Notes: a model not told the origin generated them from the letters alone. Positions 1 through 11,472 are shown, counted from the stretch's first letter. The stretch: DNA of 30,202 nt from Octopus sinensis (GCF_006345805.1 NW_021832687.1:1-30202), one strand, 5' to 3'. Numbers and translations: made by a program.

Positions 1-81
1 ACTCGAGTTTGGGATTAACTATAAATATATTTTGTGTCATTCTCTTTAGAATTACATTTTTTCTGGTTTGGGTTTGGCTGC

Positions 82-123
<42 letters not shown>

Positions 124-126
124 GAT

Positions 127-157
<31 letters not shown>

Positions 158-619
158 AAAAAGAAGTTTGAAAATGCCACTATATTAGATAAATTTTAAT
201 TTTACATGTTTCGGGTCTTGAAATAACGAACCTTATCAAAATTTTTTTTTTAATATAATAAAGAGTATAATGGAACAGTTCATAATTGTTACATACATTC
301 AATAGAGTCCATGCTATATACATTCAATAGAATCCATGTTCTTGTAAAGGCAAAAAATATATTATAAGGCGTATAATAGAAAAAATCCATACTATTTTTT
401 CAAGTGTAGTGCAGGAGTTCATTATAGATTTTACCTTGTGTTCCAATGGGAGCAACAGTAGTGATTCTTGGTCGTCGACTGTTAGCGTAATTTTGGTAAA
501 CTTGTGATGGTTGGGTTTATATCAGTTAAGCTGTGGCTGTGAAAGCAGTAGTAGCCGTGGTCTCTGGCACTGTTCACTGACGTCATATAATTCCAAACCA
601 ATCAAAGCCAAGCTTCAAC

Positions 620-1022
620 GAATATAAGGAAAAGACCCCCAACTGTATCCTGTTTAGGAAACCAGCCAAGCAGAACGACAAGTTTGACCACGGAAGAAAA
701 ACGTCATCAATTTTTTAGCGAATCAAAATCAGATCTGACCCATAATTGTATCCTGTTAGGTGGCTAACCTTGCAGAACGGCTAGTTTGACCACGGAAGAA
801 AAACGTCATCAATTTTTTAGCGAATCCAAATCAGATCTGACCCATAATTGTATCCTGTTAGGTGGCTAACCTTGCAGAACGGCTAGTTTGACCACAGAAG
901 AAAAACGTCATCAATTTTTTAACGAATCAGAATCAGACCTGACCCATAACTGTATCTTGTAAGGAAACCAATCAAGCATGGCGACGAGCTTGGCCACTGA
1001 GGTAAAACGTCATCAATTTTTT
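620..1022. repeat. 102-bp-unit tandem repeat, about 4 copies
   Basis: ACGTCATCAATTTTTT recurs at 701, 803, 905 and 1007. The unit has stops in all six frames. Confidence 0.9.
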
Positions 1023-1142
1023 GACTAATCAAGTTACGGATACGTAAACACACCAGCATTTGTTGAGGGAACAAACACAGACATAAACACACACACACAC
1101 ACCACACACACACACACACCACACACACATATATATATATAT

Positions 1143-1287
1143 ACGACGTGCTTCTTTCAGTTTCCGTCTACCAAATCAACTCACAAGGCTTTGGTCGGCC
1201 CGAGGTTATTGTAGATGACACTTGCTGAAGGACTGAACCTTGAACCATGTGATTGATAAGCAAGCTACTTGCCACACAGGCACTCCA
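1143..1287 (-). mobile_element. SINE fragment (family with internal TA/TG microsatellite)
   Basis: The minus strand reads CAAGTGTCATCTACAATAACCTCGGGCCGACCAAAGCCTTGTGAGTTGATTTGGTAGACGGAAACTGAAAGAAGC, homologous to 12517-12770. Confidence 0.7.
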
Positions 1288-1740
1288 ATATTAGATATTT
1301 AAATATTATTATATATTATATATTATATATATCATATATTATTATTATATATATATATAGAGATATTATAAATATAAAGTAAGTGTATGTATGTACATGT
1401 ATAAAGTTACTATGGTCATATATGCGTGTGTGTGTTGGCTTGATGAATGAGAGAAAACGGAGTGAATATCGCAGTTTATTTAGGGGGATCACAGGCTCTT
1501 TTAGTTCTGTGGTTAAGTGGTTCCTCAAAGGGAAGTAGACTGGAAAGAAGGAGGACAACAAAATTTTTATCAAGACTGACTGAACAGCCGACACACATGG
1601 ATGGTTAAATTTACACGCCGGATTTTGAATGTGGTCACTTGAGGAAGAACATAGAGTGAATTAGGAAGCGAATAAGCTAGCACGTATGAATATTTGCTAT
1701 AGTGTCATACACATTCACGTAAACATTTATAAATCAGCAT

Positions 1741-1921
1741 TACAGTTCGATATTTAGGAGATGAGGAATTATGTACATTATTTACATTTGACGGATATTT
1801 GTCCTCCTCTTGTTTGTTGTTAACACAACTTTTCGGCTGATATACCCTCCAGCCTTCATCAGGTGTCTTGGGGAAATTTCGAACCTGAGTTCTCATTCCT
1901 AAGTTATTTTTCGATGTTATC
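1741..1921 (-). mobile_element. Short hammerhead-bearing repeat (Penelope pLTR / retrozyme-like), copy 1
   Basis: Near-identical to 2713-2871 in the opposite orientation. It abuts an AAT-type tract and contains AATGTAAAT repeats near its 3' end. Confidence 0.7.
1822..1867 (-). ncRNA. Second copy of the same hammerhead, stem III palindrome broken
   Basis: The minus strand reads GACAC-CUGAUGA-A-GGCUG-GAGGGUAUAU-CAGCC-GAAA-AG-U-U-GUGUU. Stem II is 5 bp, but ACGU has become AAGU. Confidence 0.62.
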
Positions 1922-1930
1922 ATTATTATT

Positions 1931-1991
1931 ATAGTGGTTAAGTGCAGGTTACTAACCCCATGATTCGAGTTCGATTCCATGCAGTGACCTG
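1931..1991 (+). mobile_element. ~60-bp tRNA-derived mini-SINE with (AAT)n tail
   Basis: A-box-like TAGTGGTTAAG and B-box-like GAGTTCGATTCC, followed immediately by (AAT)n. No intact acceptor stem. Confidence 0.6.
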
Positions 1992-2057
1992 AATAATAAT
2001 AATATAATAATAATAATAATAAAAAATAATAATAATATAATAATAATATAATAATAA

Positions 2058-2106
<49 letters not shown>

Positions 2107-2107
2107 T

Positions 2108-2661
2108 ATAAATGCCATGATGCAGTACCAGGCAGTGGCTCTCATGGCTTCTGATCTTAACTGATGGTAGTGTTATCATGTACATTGTTTTGTCTTAGTA
2201 TAAAAGATGGGCTACAGCAAATATTCTGCTCAATACCACAGATTTGCTTCTCAGTTTGTTGACCTTAACCAGTCGAGGATGTCCCTTAGTGGCTGACGAT
2301 ATGTGCATCTCTGATCACGAGCAGAAGTAGTGGGGGAGCATCATAGCCATGTGTTGAGAGGGATTCTTTGGGGTTTGAATAATTCACCTCTGGAAACATG
2401 GGTGGTTCTTTCAACATCCTAACAACCCTTATTCAGGGACCTTTTGAGCGGGATGAGATACTCAACTGAAGAAAATTCTAACTGGGCCCCACCTGCAAGG
2501 TCATGTGCTGTTTATCTTGATATGAGATCACCATGTCGCGCACATATGGTTGTGATGCATGTGCCTGGTGTACCCTTATCAGACGGGTAGTCATGATGGT
2601 ATATTGGGCTTCGTATATTTTACCCAGTGTCACTTTGATGGCATGAACTGGTCTCTCACTC
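2108..2661 (+). mobile_element. ~555-bp non-coding (AAT)n-associated element, copy 1
   Basis: Begins ATAAATGCC(A/C)TGATGCAG and ends ...CTCTCACTC followed by an AAT-type tail. Clearly homologous to 11602-12163, 24515-25063, 25957-26470 and 23885-23937. Confidence 0.9.
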
Positions 2662-2712
2662 AATATATATATAATAATATATAATAATAATAATAATTAA
2701 TAAATTAATAAT

Positions 2713-2871
2713 AACAACATCGAAAAATACCTGAGAAATGAGAACCCAGGTTCGAAATTTTCCCAAGACACCTGATGAAGGCTTGAAGGTATATCAGCCG
2801 AAACGTTGTGTTAACAACAGACAAGAGGAGGACAAATATCCGTCAAATGTAAATAATGTAAATAATGTAAA
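2713..2871 (+). mobile_element. Short hammerhead-bearing repeat (Penelope pLTR / retrozyme-like), copy 2
   Basis: Inverted copy of 1741-1921. It contains the hammerhead at 2767-2812 and ends in tandem (AATGTAAAT) units. Confidence 0.7.
2767..2812 (+). ncRNA. Minimal type I hammerhead ribozyme motif
   Basis: GACAC-CUGAUGA-A-GGCU...AGCC-GAAA-CG-U-U-GUGUU. Stem I is 5 bp, stem II 4 bp, and stem III is the palindrome ACGU. Predicted cleavage is after U2807 (GUU triplet). Confidence 0.72.
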
Positions 2872-3063
2872 TCAGCTATTTTTGGGGATTGAGAAACGAA
2901 GAGGAAAACAGTAGGCAGATTGCGAACCGAGGAGGAAATAAAGATAGGAATAAGTAAGAAAGAAAGTTGAGAAAAGAGAGTGAAATGAACGATACAGAGG
3001 AAGAATCGGGAAGTGAAGAGATAAACATAAAATGTGTGTCTTCGTAATATATCTTATTAATAA

Positions 3064-3576
3064 CTAGCAGTATCGCCCGGCGTTGCTCGGGTTTGTAAGG
3101 GAAATAACTATATAAGCATTTTTAGAGAGTTACTTCCCTTATAGATGCCAATTCGGGCTTTCTTAGCCATTTCTGTTTTGGTGTCTTCAAGCCATGAAGT
3201 CGTTGTTCTAAAAGAACGCTGGTCTCCTTGACAACGCTTTACGACGTTGATTTCCTTACACTCCCTTCCCCACAGCTTCACGAGGGAGGGAAGTAGGGGG
3301 AGAAGCAAACAGGTGCAAGTGTGACCATGGACGCCAACTCCGCCGCCATCGACACACGAAAAATTATGCATTAAAATGGAATAAAAAATGATGTTAAATT
3401 ATTTTAAAAATCGTAGACTCATCGTAGACGCGCGCTAATACTCAGACGGGCTCGATATGAATCACGACTATAAGATACCCGAATTTGGTTAAACTGCACC
3501 GCAAAATGTGGGAGTAGTTAGGAATCTAAATCGAAGGGGACAGACACTCACACAACTACAGTTTTATATATATAGA
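3064..3576 (-). mobile_element. Non-autonomous Helitron-like element (513 bp)
   Basis: The minus strand begins A|TCTATATATATAAAA and ends CTAG|T. A subterminal hairpin CCCGAGCAACGCCGGG lies at 3076-3091. No TSD. Confidence 0.8.
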
Positions 3577-4229
3577 TTTACAGGCTACGTCATGTTGGAG
3601 ATTTCTAAAACGAATGAAACAACGCTATAGATGATATTGCCACCAACTAGAAGTTGTGAACTTTGTAATAGAAAACAATTATATATGTGAACATTATACA
3701 TTTTCTTCCTCGCGTCCCTACTTTTTGAATCGAAATATATAATCTCAGTTTGTGTTGTGAGAGGATGATTATCTCCTTTGTGTCAACAGTCAAATCTAGA
3801 GGGCACTACATGTAAAAGATAAAAGGGGTATATAAAATGGATAAGTGATAAAAAATGGAGACTGAACTCGGCGTGTATGTGTACATACATTTTGGTCAAC
3901 ATCACTTCATCAACGTAATACAGTCATAGGTTTCGGATCAGTGGGTAGATATTCACATATAGATATGGAGTTCATACTTTTAACCAGAATAATTTACCTA
4001 ATTAAAAATAAGATGGACCAAGGAGAAAAACACAAATCGAGCAGCAACGTGAACTTTGATAAGTAAATCAAAATGCGATATACTAAATGCCGTAAACATA
4101 GATTATGTTAAAATTTCCTCTTTCTCGCTTTTTTCCGTCACTTTCTCCCAATGTATATATGTGTGTGTGTGCTTGTATGTGTGTATATGTGTGTGTGTGT
4201 ATATATATATAGTTGTGTATGTGTGTGAG

Positions 4230-4262
<33 letters not shown>

Positions 4263-4558
4263 TGACGCGTGCACACACATATACATCAATGTATACATGT
4301 GTGCAATAATTTCATTTAATAAAACTCTTGAGATGGGAAATCTGATTTTGATACATACATATATGCATATATACTTAGGTACATACACACACACACACAC
4401 ATATATATACATACATATATATATATACATATATGTGTGGTGACATCTATAAAATACTAACCTACATTCCTACATACCTATATTTACACACACGCACACA
4501 CACATATGCACACATACATACACATCCATATATCCATACATACATGTATGCATGCATG

Positions 4559-4613
<55 letters not shown>

Positions 4614-4790
4614 AAGAAATAGGTGTTTGACGACGTGTGTTGTATGCATGTCTGTGAGTATATGACTTCTCAACCGCTGTTCACATACAACACAATATCC
4701 ATCTCCTCTCTCTCACACACACACAAACCTCACATAATACAAGCAGATATACATATATATATTTATATATGTGTGTATACACACACACAC

Positions 4791-4849
<59 letters not shown>

Positions 4850-5105
4850 CGTGTGTGTGTGTGTGTTCATATACAAAAGACATGCACATATATATATACA
4901 TACGTGCTTAGAATCGAAGAATGAAGCAAGAAAGAATTAATGAATTTGGTAAAGATGATGTATAACATATTGATTCTTCTGCGGTTATTTCATTTTTCTT
5001 TTTTTGGTTAATAGTGGTACCACTCTAAAAACAGAATCTACAGAATTGGCTGCAAACCTGAATCTAATTTCATGGGTGCTGAGTCTTATTATTATTATTA
5101 TTATT

Positions 5106-5232
5106 CAGTAGTTTTATTTTTATTTTTATAGCGTGCTTTCACTTCACTACCGAGCGCAGCTCTGTGTGCCTTGGGTAAGTGCTGTGATTTGTTGTGATGC
5201 TCTGATGGTTATTGTATGGAAAGTGTTCTGCT
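5106..5232 (-). mobile_element. Very short 3' stub of the same Dong-like family
   Basis: RTLSIQ* followed by a 3' UTR containing CACAGAGCTGCGCTCGGTA. It is flanked by (AAT)n on its own strand. Confidence 0.68.
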
Positions 5233-5251
5233 ATTATTATTATTATTATTA

Positions 5252-5287
<36 letters not shown>

Positions 5288-5614
5288 TTAGATTTTAATT
5301 GTTTTTTAAAATTTTATATGTTTATTTTTTTGGTTTTGTTTTGTTTTTTGTTTATCAAAGAACATTTAGCGTAAAGAAAATTGCAAAAAAGAAACAGAAC
5401 TAAAGAAAGAATATAAATACCAAAATTTGAAATAAGAAGTATATTGTATACATTTCTGGATTTTTTTTTTTATCGTGTGTGAAAGAGCGGTAGCGGTGGT
5501 GCTGGTGTTGGTGGTAGTTGTGTGAGGTGTTGGTGGTGTAGCACTGCAAAGGTGTTGGTGTTAGTGGAGCTATTGGTGTTGATGGTGGTGATTGTGGTGG
5601 ATAGTAGTAATGTT

Positions 5615-6133
5615 GGCAGAAACGTTAGCACGCCGGGCGAAATGCTTAGTGGTATTTCATCTGCCGCTACGTTCTGAGTTCAAATTACGCCGAGGTCGAC
5701 TTTGCCTTTCATCCTTTCGGGGTCGATAAATTAAGTACCAGTTACGCACTGGGGTCGATGTAATCGACTTAATCCCTTTGTCTGTTCTGAGTTCAAATAC
5801 CGCCAAGGTCGGCTTTGCCTTTCATCCTTTCGGGGTCGATAAATTAAGTACCAGTTACGTACTGGGATCGATATAATCGACTTAATCCCTCTGCCTGTCC
5901 TTGTTTGTCTCCTCTGTGTTTAGCCCCTCGTGGGTAGTAAAGAAATAGGTATTTCGTCTGCCGCTACGTTCTGAGTTCAAATTCCACCGAGGTCAACTTT
6001 GCCTTTCATCCTTTCGGGGTCGATAAATTAAGTACCAGTTACGCACTGGGGTCGATATAATCGATTTAATCCGTTTGTCTGTCCTTGTTTGTCCCCTCTG
6101 TGTTTAGCCCCTTGTGGGTAGCAAAGAAATAGG
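5615..6133 (+). mobile_element. SINE-like element with its central domain tandemly triplicated
   Basis: Three copies of TTCTGAGTTCAAAT...GGTCGACTTTGCCTTTCATCCTTTCGGGGTCGATAAATTAAGTACCAG start at ~5672, ~5785 and ~5969. The domain resembles the conserved Meta/Nin-type SINE central domain from memory. Confidence 0.75.
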
Positions 6134-7070
6134 TAATGTTGGTATTGATGGTGATGGTGGTGGTGGTGGTGGTATTGATGGTAGGTATGGCAAAGGAAAT
6201 GGTGGATGTGATGTTTTGCTATTGGTGGTGATGGTGGGGATAGTGATGGTGGTGTTGGTGATGATTTATTGGAGATAATGGTGGAGCCGGTGGTAGTGAT
6301 GGTGGGATGGTGGGGGTGATGGTGAGATGGTGGTTGTGATGGTGGGGATGGTTGTGGTGGTGGTGGTTGTGGTGGTGGGCTGGTGGTGGGCTGGTGGTGG
6401 TGATGGTGGACGATGGCGATTGTGATGGTGGAACTGGTGGTGGTGATGGTGGGGATGATGGTGGGGCTGATGGTAGTCATGGTGGTAGTGACGATGGGAT
6501 GGTAGTTGTGATGGTTGTTGTAATGGTGGTTGTCATGGTGGTGGTAGTAGAGATATTGTTGCTATTGATAGTGATGGTGGAGCCGGTGGTGGTGGTGATG
6601 GGAGTGTCGCTGGCGTAACACTGTATTGGTGTTGGTGGTGTTGATGGTGCTATTGATGTTGATGGTGTTGGTGGTGTTGATGGTGCTATTGGTGTTGATG
6701 GTGGTAACGGTATTGGTGATAGTAGTGCTATTGGTGACGGTAGTGATAGTAGTGGTTGTAGTGGCAGTGGTGGTGGTGCTGATGTTGGTGTCGCTGACGA
6801 TGATGTTGGTGTTGGTTCTGTCATTGGTGATATTAGTGGTGGCGATGGTGATGATGATGGTGTTACTGTCGGTCGTTCTGATGTTCGTGTTGTTGTTTTT
6901 GCTGCTGATGACGATGGTAGTGGTGATGGTGGTGGTGGTGGTGGTGATGCTCATGGAGATAATGTCGATGTTATTGTTGTTGTTGTTGTTGTCAGTGACG
7001 GTATTGATGGAGTTGCTGGTCTTGGATTGTGGTGGCGATGGTGGTGGTGGTGGTGTTGGTAGAAGTTGTA
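6134..7070. repeat. GGT/GAT/GTT compound trinucleotide region
   Basis: Direct reading. It generates the poly-V/T/P ORFs in the track. Confidence 0.9.
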
Positions 7071-8209
7071 GTGAGAATTTGTGGTAAACGTTTCGTTTGT
7101 TATCCCTTTCTCAAAACTTCTCTCGCTTTATTGATTTTTTGTTGTTGATTGCTATTGTTATTTTCGTGGTTGTTGTTTCTGCTGTCTTTGTTGCTATCTC
7201 GGAACATTTTTGCAGTCATGTTTTTGTTATTTTTGTTCTTTTTCTGCTGTCCTTTTTCCTCTCGTATCTTCATTGTAGTAGTAGTAGTAGTAGTAGTAGT
7301 AGTAAGTAGTAGTTGCAGCAGCAACAGTAGCAACAGCAGCAGCAGTAGTAGTAGTAGAAATAGTAGTAGTACTGGTACTAGTATACTACTACTACTACTA
7401 CTACTACTACTACCAGCGAGTCCATCACGTCCTTCACGAATACTAGCCACATCCAGATAGTGCGGATGTGATAGCCCTAGCCGTCATTCTCTGTTGAAGT
7501 GTAGAGTTCATGTCCAGAGTTTTAGTGGGAATACAAGTTCATATGAAATCCCCAGTCACATGCATACACACTTTGGGATAATGTGATCCGTAACAGCTCA
7601 TCTCACCGTCGATTGTGGACCGTCACGGAGGATTCGCTGACCAAGTCACCGACGATTATCGGACAACACAGAACCTGGGCTTGAAGCGTGTTCTAGAAAC
7701 ATGCTTTAACAGTAGCTAAGAGGTGCCTCACTCGCAGAGGTCTTCCAGCACGCCGAACACCAATCTGGAACTTGTAAGGGCCCATGTTGTTGCTAGATAG
7801 TAGTTGGACTTGCACTAGGTTCGTCTGTCCTTTTGACATGTCCTGTTTCTAATTTTGCTGGAGTTTTGCCAATCCTCCTCACCAGGCAAGCCTAGTGAAA
7901 GCGCTATTTTAGTCGCAGACCACCCGACTATGCAACAGGTTGTATCGGATCCCATGTTACCAGTAGCGTTCATGAGCACTTCACAAATAGCCTTACCTTC
8001 TGGGTATGAAATAAATATAGATGGGATAACTAAACAGTACACAAGAACGTTCAACAAGATGTATTGCAGGAATTTGTTCAGGATCTTTGCATTCTGAACT
8101 GCATAAGCAGTTGTCGTAAGACATCAGCCAATAACCTAACGCTACTGACAACTATTTTGAGTAATTTCGGCGAAGCTCACGCTGCTAACTTTGAAAATAT
8201 CTTTTGTCA

Positions 8210-8348
8210 CCCTGAACAATCTGTTAACCTTGAGCGATTTTGGTTAACCTTGAACACATTTTGTTAACCATGAAAATTTTTGTAAACTTCACACAGTATA
8301 TGTTAACCTTGAACAATGTTTGTTAAACTTAAACAGGTTTTGTTAAAC
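8210..8348. repeat. Degenerate ~20-bp minisatellite with GTTAAC core
   Basis: About 7 units of GTTAA(C/A)CTTGAACA..TTTT. Confidence 0.65.
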
Positions 8349-8607
8349 ATATACAATATTACTAAATTGAAGGCAGTTTGTTAAATACACTTTTATGGCT
8401 GTTTTGTAAGATGCAGGTAATTCCTGAAATGATGTTGGTGTTGATGATGGTAATGATGTCCATAAAACCAACAACAACAATAAAAATAATAGTAATAATA
8501 ATAATATCAATAATAATAATAATTTAGTAAAAACAGTTGAATTGGAACGGTTGCCGAGAGATACAGTCATAAAATAAAGTATCAACAGAATTCGTTGGAC
8601 AAAATTG

Positions 8608-8888
8608 TATGTATGTATGTATGTATGTATGTATGTATGTATGTATGTATGTATGTATGTATGTATGCAGTATGTAGTATGTATGTATGTATGTATGTAT
8701 GTATGTGTGTACGAATGCAAGTATGTATGTATGTATGTATAAGTAGGCGTGTATATATATATGAATGTATGACTGTGTGTATGTATATATATATGCATAT
8801 AGTTATGAACACATGTATGCGTGTATGTATGTAAGCATGTGTGCATGCATGTATTGGTATACTCATGCTTGTTTCTATGTATGTATAA

Positions 8889-8958
<70 letters not shown>

Positions 8959-9151
8959 TTGCATGTATCAAGGTATGTATGTGTGCATATATATATATAT
9001 GTTTGTGTAATATATGTTTTATATGCACACATACATACCTTGGTGCATGCAAATATAATATTGTATATATATATACATACAATATATATATTGATTATCT
9101 ACCAAGGTATGTATGTGTGCATAATATACGTATATATACATATATATAATA

Positions 9152-9182
<31 letters not shown>

Positions 9183-9350
9183 CATAGTTATACATATAAA
9201 TGTGTGTATGTTTGTGTATGAATGTGTGTATACATATATGAACATATGTACATATATATATATGTAGTATATATTTATGTACATACACACACACATATGT
9301 ATGTGTGTATATCTGTATGTATGTATCTATGCCTGTTTATGTGTGTGTGT
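8608..9350. repeat. (TATG)n/(TA)n microsatellite block
   Basis: Direct reading. Confidence 0.9.
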
Positions 9351-9500
9351 GTGAGAGTGTGTGTATGCCTATGAAACAACTTGCATATGTTGTCAAAGGA
9401 AATCATTAGAGTCATTAAAGTATTTGAACAATGAGGTGTTAGTTATTACGAACACAGGCTCCTCTCCTTTGAAATGTGTTGGCAACAACAGGACCACCAG

Positions 9501-9569
<69 letters not shown>

Positions 9570-9889
9570 TTTTTGTTGATGCTGTTGCTGCTGCTACTGT
9601 TGGTGTAAAAGTTGCAGCAACAGTAAAAACGAATACAGTAAAGGCAAATCATGAACTACAAGAAAAGCGACGACAATGTTAAGAAGAAGAACAGCGAGAA
9701 AAAAAAACACAAACACACACAACCATAACGAGTGCAATATCAGCAAAAAACAATTACTGCAAAAGAAGCAAAGTCAAAACCCAGCAGCAACAACAAAAGA
9801 ACAACAACAAAAAAAGAACAACAGTAGCAACAACAAAAGCAACAACAAGAAAAACAATATGTGCAGAAGCAATAAAAGCCAGGAAGAAA

Positions 9890-10020
9890 ACAATAATAAT
9901 AATAATAATGATAATAATACTAATAATTATAATAATAATAATAAAATAATAATGTTAATAATAATAATAATAACAATAATGATGTTAATAATGATGATGA
10001 AAATAATAATAATAATAATA

Positions 10021-10059
<39 letters not shown>

Positions 10060-10072
10060 TTGATGCTGATGC

Positions 10073-10103
<31 letters not shown>

Positions 10104-10385
10104 CATGATCATGATCATGATGATCATGATGATGATGATAATAATAATAATATAATAATGATGATGATGATGATGAGATGATGATGATGATGATGATGAT
10201 GCTGATGCTGATGGATGATGATGATGATGATGATGATCATGATCATGATCTGATGATCATGATGATGATGATAATAATAATAATAATAATAATGATGATG
10301 ATGATGATGAGGATGATGATGATGATGATGATCTAAGTAATAATAATAATAATAATATATAATAATATCATAATAATAATAATAA
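9890..10385. repeat. (AAT)n/(GAT)n compound microsatellite
   Basis: Direct reading. Confidence 0.9.
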
Positions 10386-10394
10386 ATATATATA

Positions 10395-11085
10395 CCACAC
10401 AAGTGCAACGAACCTCGGTAAAATATGCGGAAAGAGAGCAGAAAGCGTGATTCACATTGTTAGTGCTTGTGAAAGTCTTGTGCAGAAAGAGGATAAGCGC
10501 AGACACGACAAGGTAGCTCAGAACCTTCACTGGTTACTATGGATACGAGGTAACGGTTGCTGGGTACAAACATACACCAGAAAAGGTAATGGACGAAAAA
10601 GGGAAGGCAAAAATTCTCTGGGACTTTTGACGTCCAGGCAGGCAAGGTGTTAGAGCACGAAGGCCGGACATGGTAACTTTTAGGAAGGACAACAAGAGTG
10701 CCTAATAATCGACATGGCAGTGCCAGGAGATCAACATATTATCATGAAAGAAGGGAGAAAGGGTCAATAAAATGGAAACCTGAGAATTGAAATCGCTAAG
10801 ATGTGGCAGCTACGTGAGTCAAATATAAGGTTTGTCCCTATTTTCATTGGAGCACTGGGTTCAATACCACCCCAACCTGGAGAAACATCTGGAAACTTTA
10901 GAAATACCCTACAATCTAGGTGTATTGCAAAAATCGGCATCACTTGGAACTGCACGCATATTGCGTAAAGAACTGTCTGTCTGGGGGGAGGGGGTCCTTG
11001 TGACTTGACAGACTTTACAAATCTCCTGTAGACACAATGTCTTCAATCAACAACCTCACGATATTGTATACTGTGCGACGTCTAA
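10395..11085 (+). mobile_element. 5'-truncated R4/Dong-like non-LTR retrotransposon (RLE type), frameshifted
   Basis: Translates to KICGKRAESVIHIVSACESLVQKEDKRRHDKVAQNLHW (CCHC knuckle remnant), RRPDMV..., CLIIDMAVPGD (PD..D restriction-like endonuclease) and LQKSASLGTARILRKELSV. (AAT)n lies on both sides. Confidence 0.88.
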
Positions 11086-11130
11086 AATAATAATGATAAT
11101 AATAATAATAGTAGTAGTAGAAGTAGTGAA

Positions 11131-11472
11131 GGCGCGTGGCTCAGTGGTTAGAGCGTCGAGCTTACGATCGTGAGGTTGTGAGCTCGAATCCCGGACCGGG
11201 CTGCGTGTTGTGTTCTTGAGCAAGACACTTTATTTCATGTTGCTCCAGTTCACTCAGCTGTAGAAATGAGTTGCGACGTCACTGGTGCCAAGCTGTATCG
11301 GTCCCTTTGCCTTTCCCTTGGACAACATCAGTGACGTGGAGGAGGGAGGCCGGTATGCATGGGCGACTGCTGGTCTTCCTTAAAAAAACAACCTTGCCCA
11401 GACTTGTGCCTCGGAGGGTAACTCTCTAAGTGCAAACCCATGGTCAGTGTCTGACCGAAGGGGGTCACCACC
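11131..11472 (+). mobile_element. tRNA-derived SINE with CORE-like central domain
   Basis: A box TGGCTCAGTGG, B box GAGCTCGAATCCC, CORE-like TTCTTGAGCAAGACACTT...CAGCTGTAGAAATG, and an (AGT)n tail. A paralog lies at 16322-16622. Confidence 0.85.

Noticed and set aside
620-1022. 102-bp repeat as a 34-aa TPR-like coding repeat or a CRISPR array
   Set aside because: The unit has stops in all six frames, whole units repeat with no unique spacers, and the context is eukaryotic.
2114-2175. Possible HDV-like ribozyme at the 5' end of the 555-bp element (GCCAUGA/UCAUGGC 7-bp helix)
   Set aside because: There is no P1.1 GG or L3 consensus, and the helix is broken in the other full-length copies (GCCCUGA).
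6028-7460. Poly-T/V/P/S ORFs resembling mucins or membrane proteins
   Set aside because: They come from compound trinucleotide microsatellites, open in several frames on both strands.
7815-8057. Kinase-like phrase LGLPGEEDW in a minus-strand ORF
   Set aside because: No other kinase motifs or convincing splice sites; likely a chance resemblance.
11131-11200. tRNA gene (also 16322-16390 and 1931-1991)
   Set aside because: These are tRNA-like heads continuing into SINE bodies or tails, without an intact cloverleaf.
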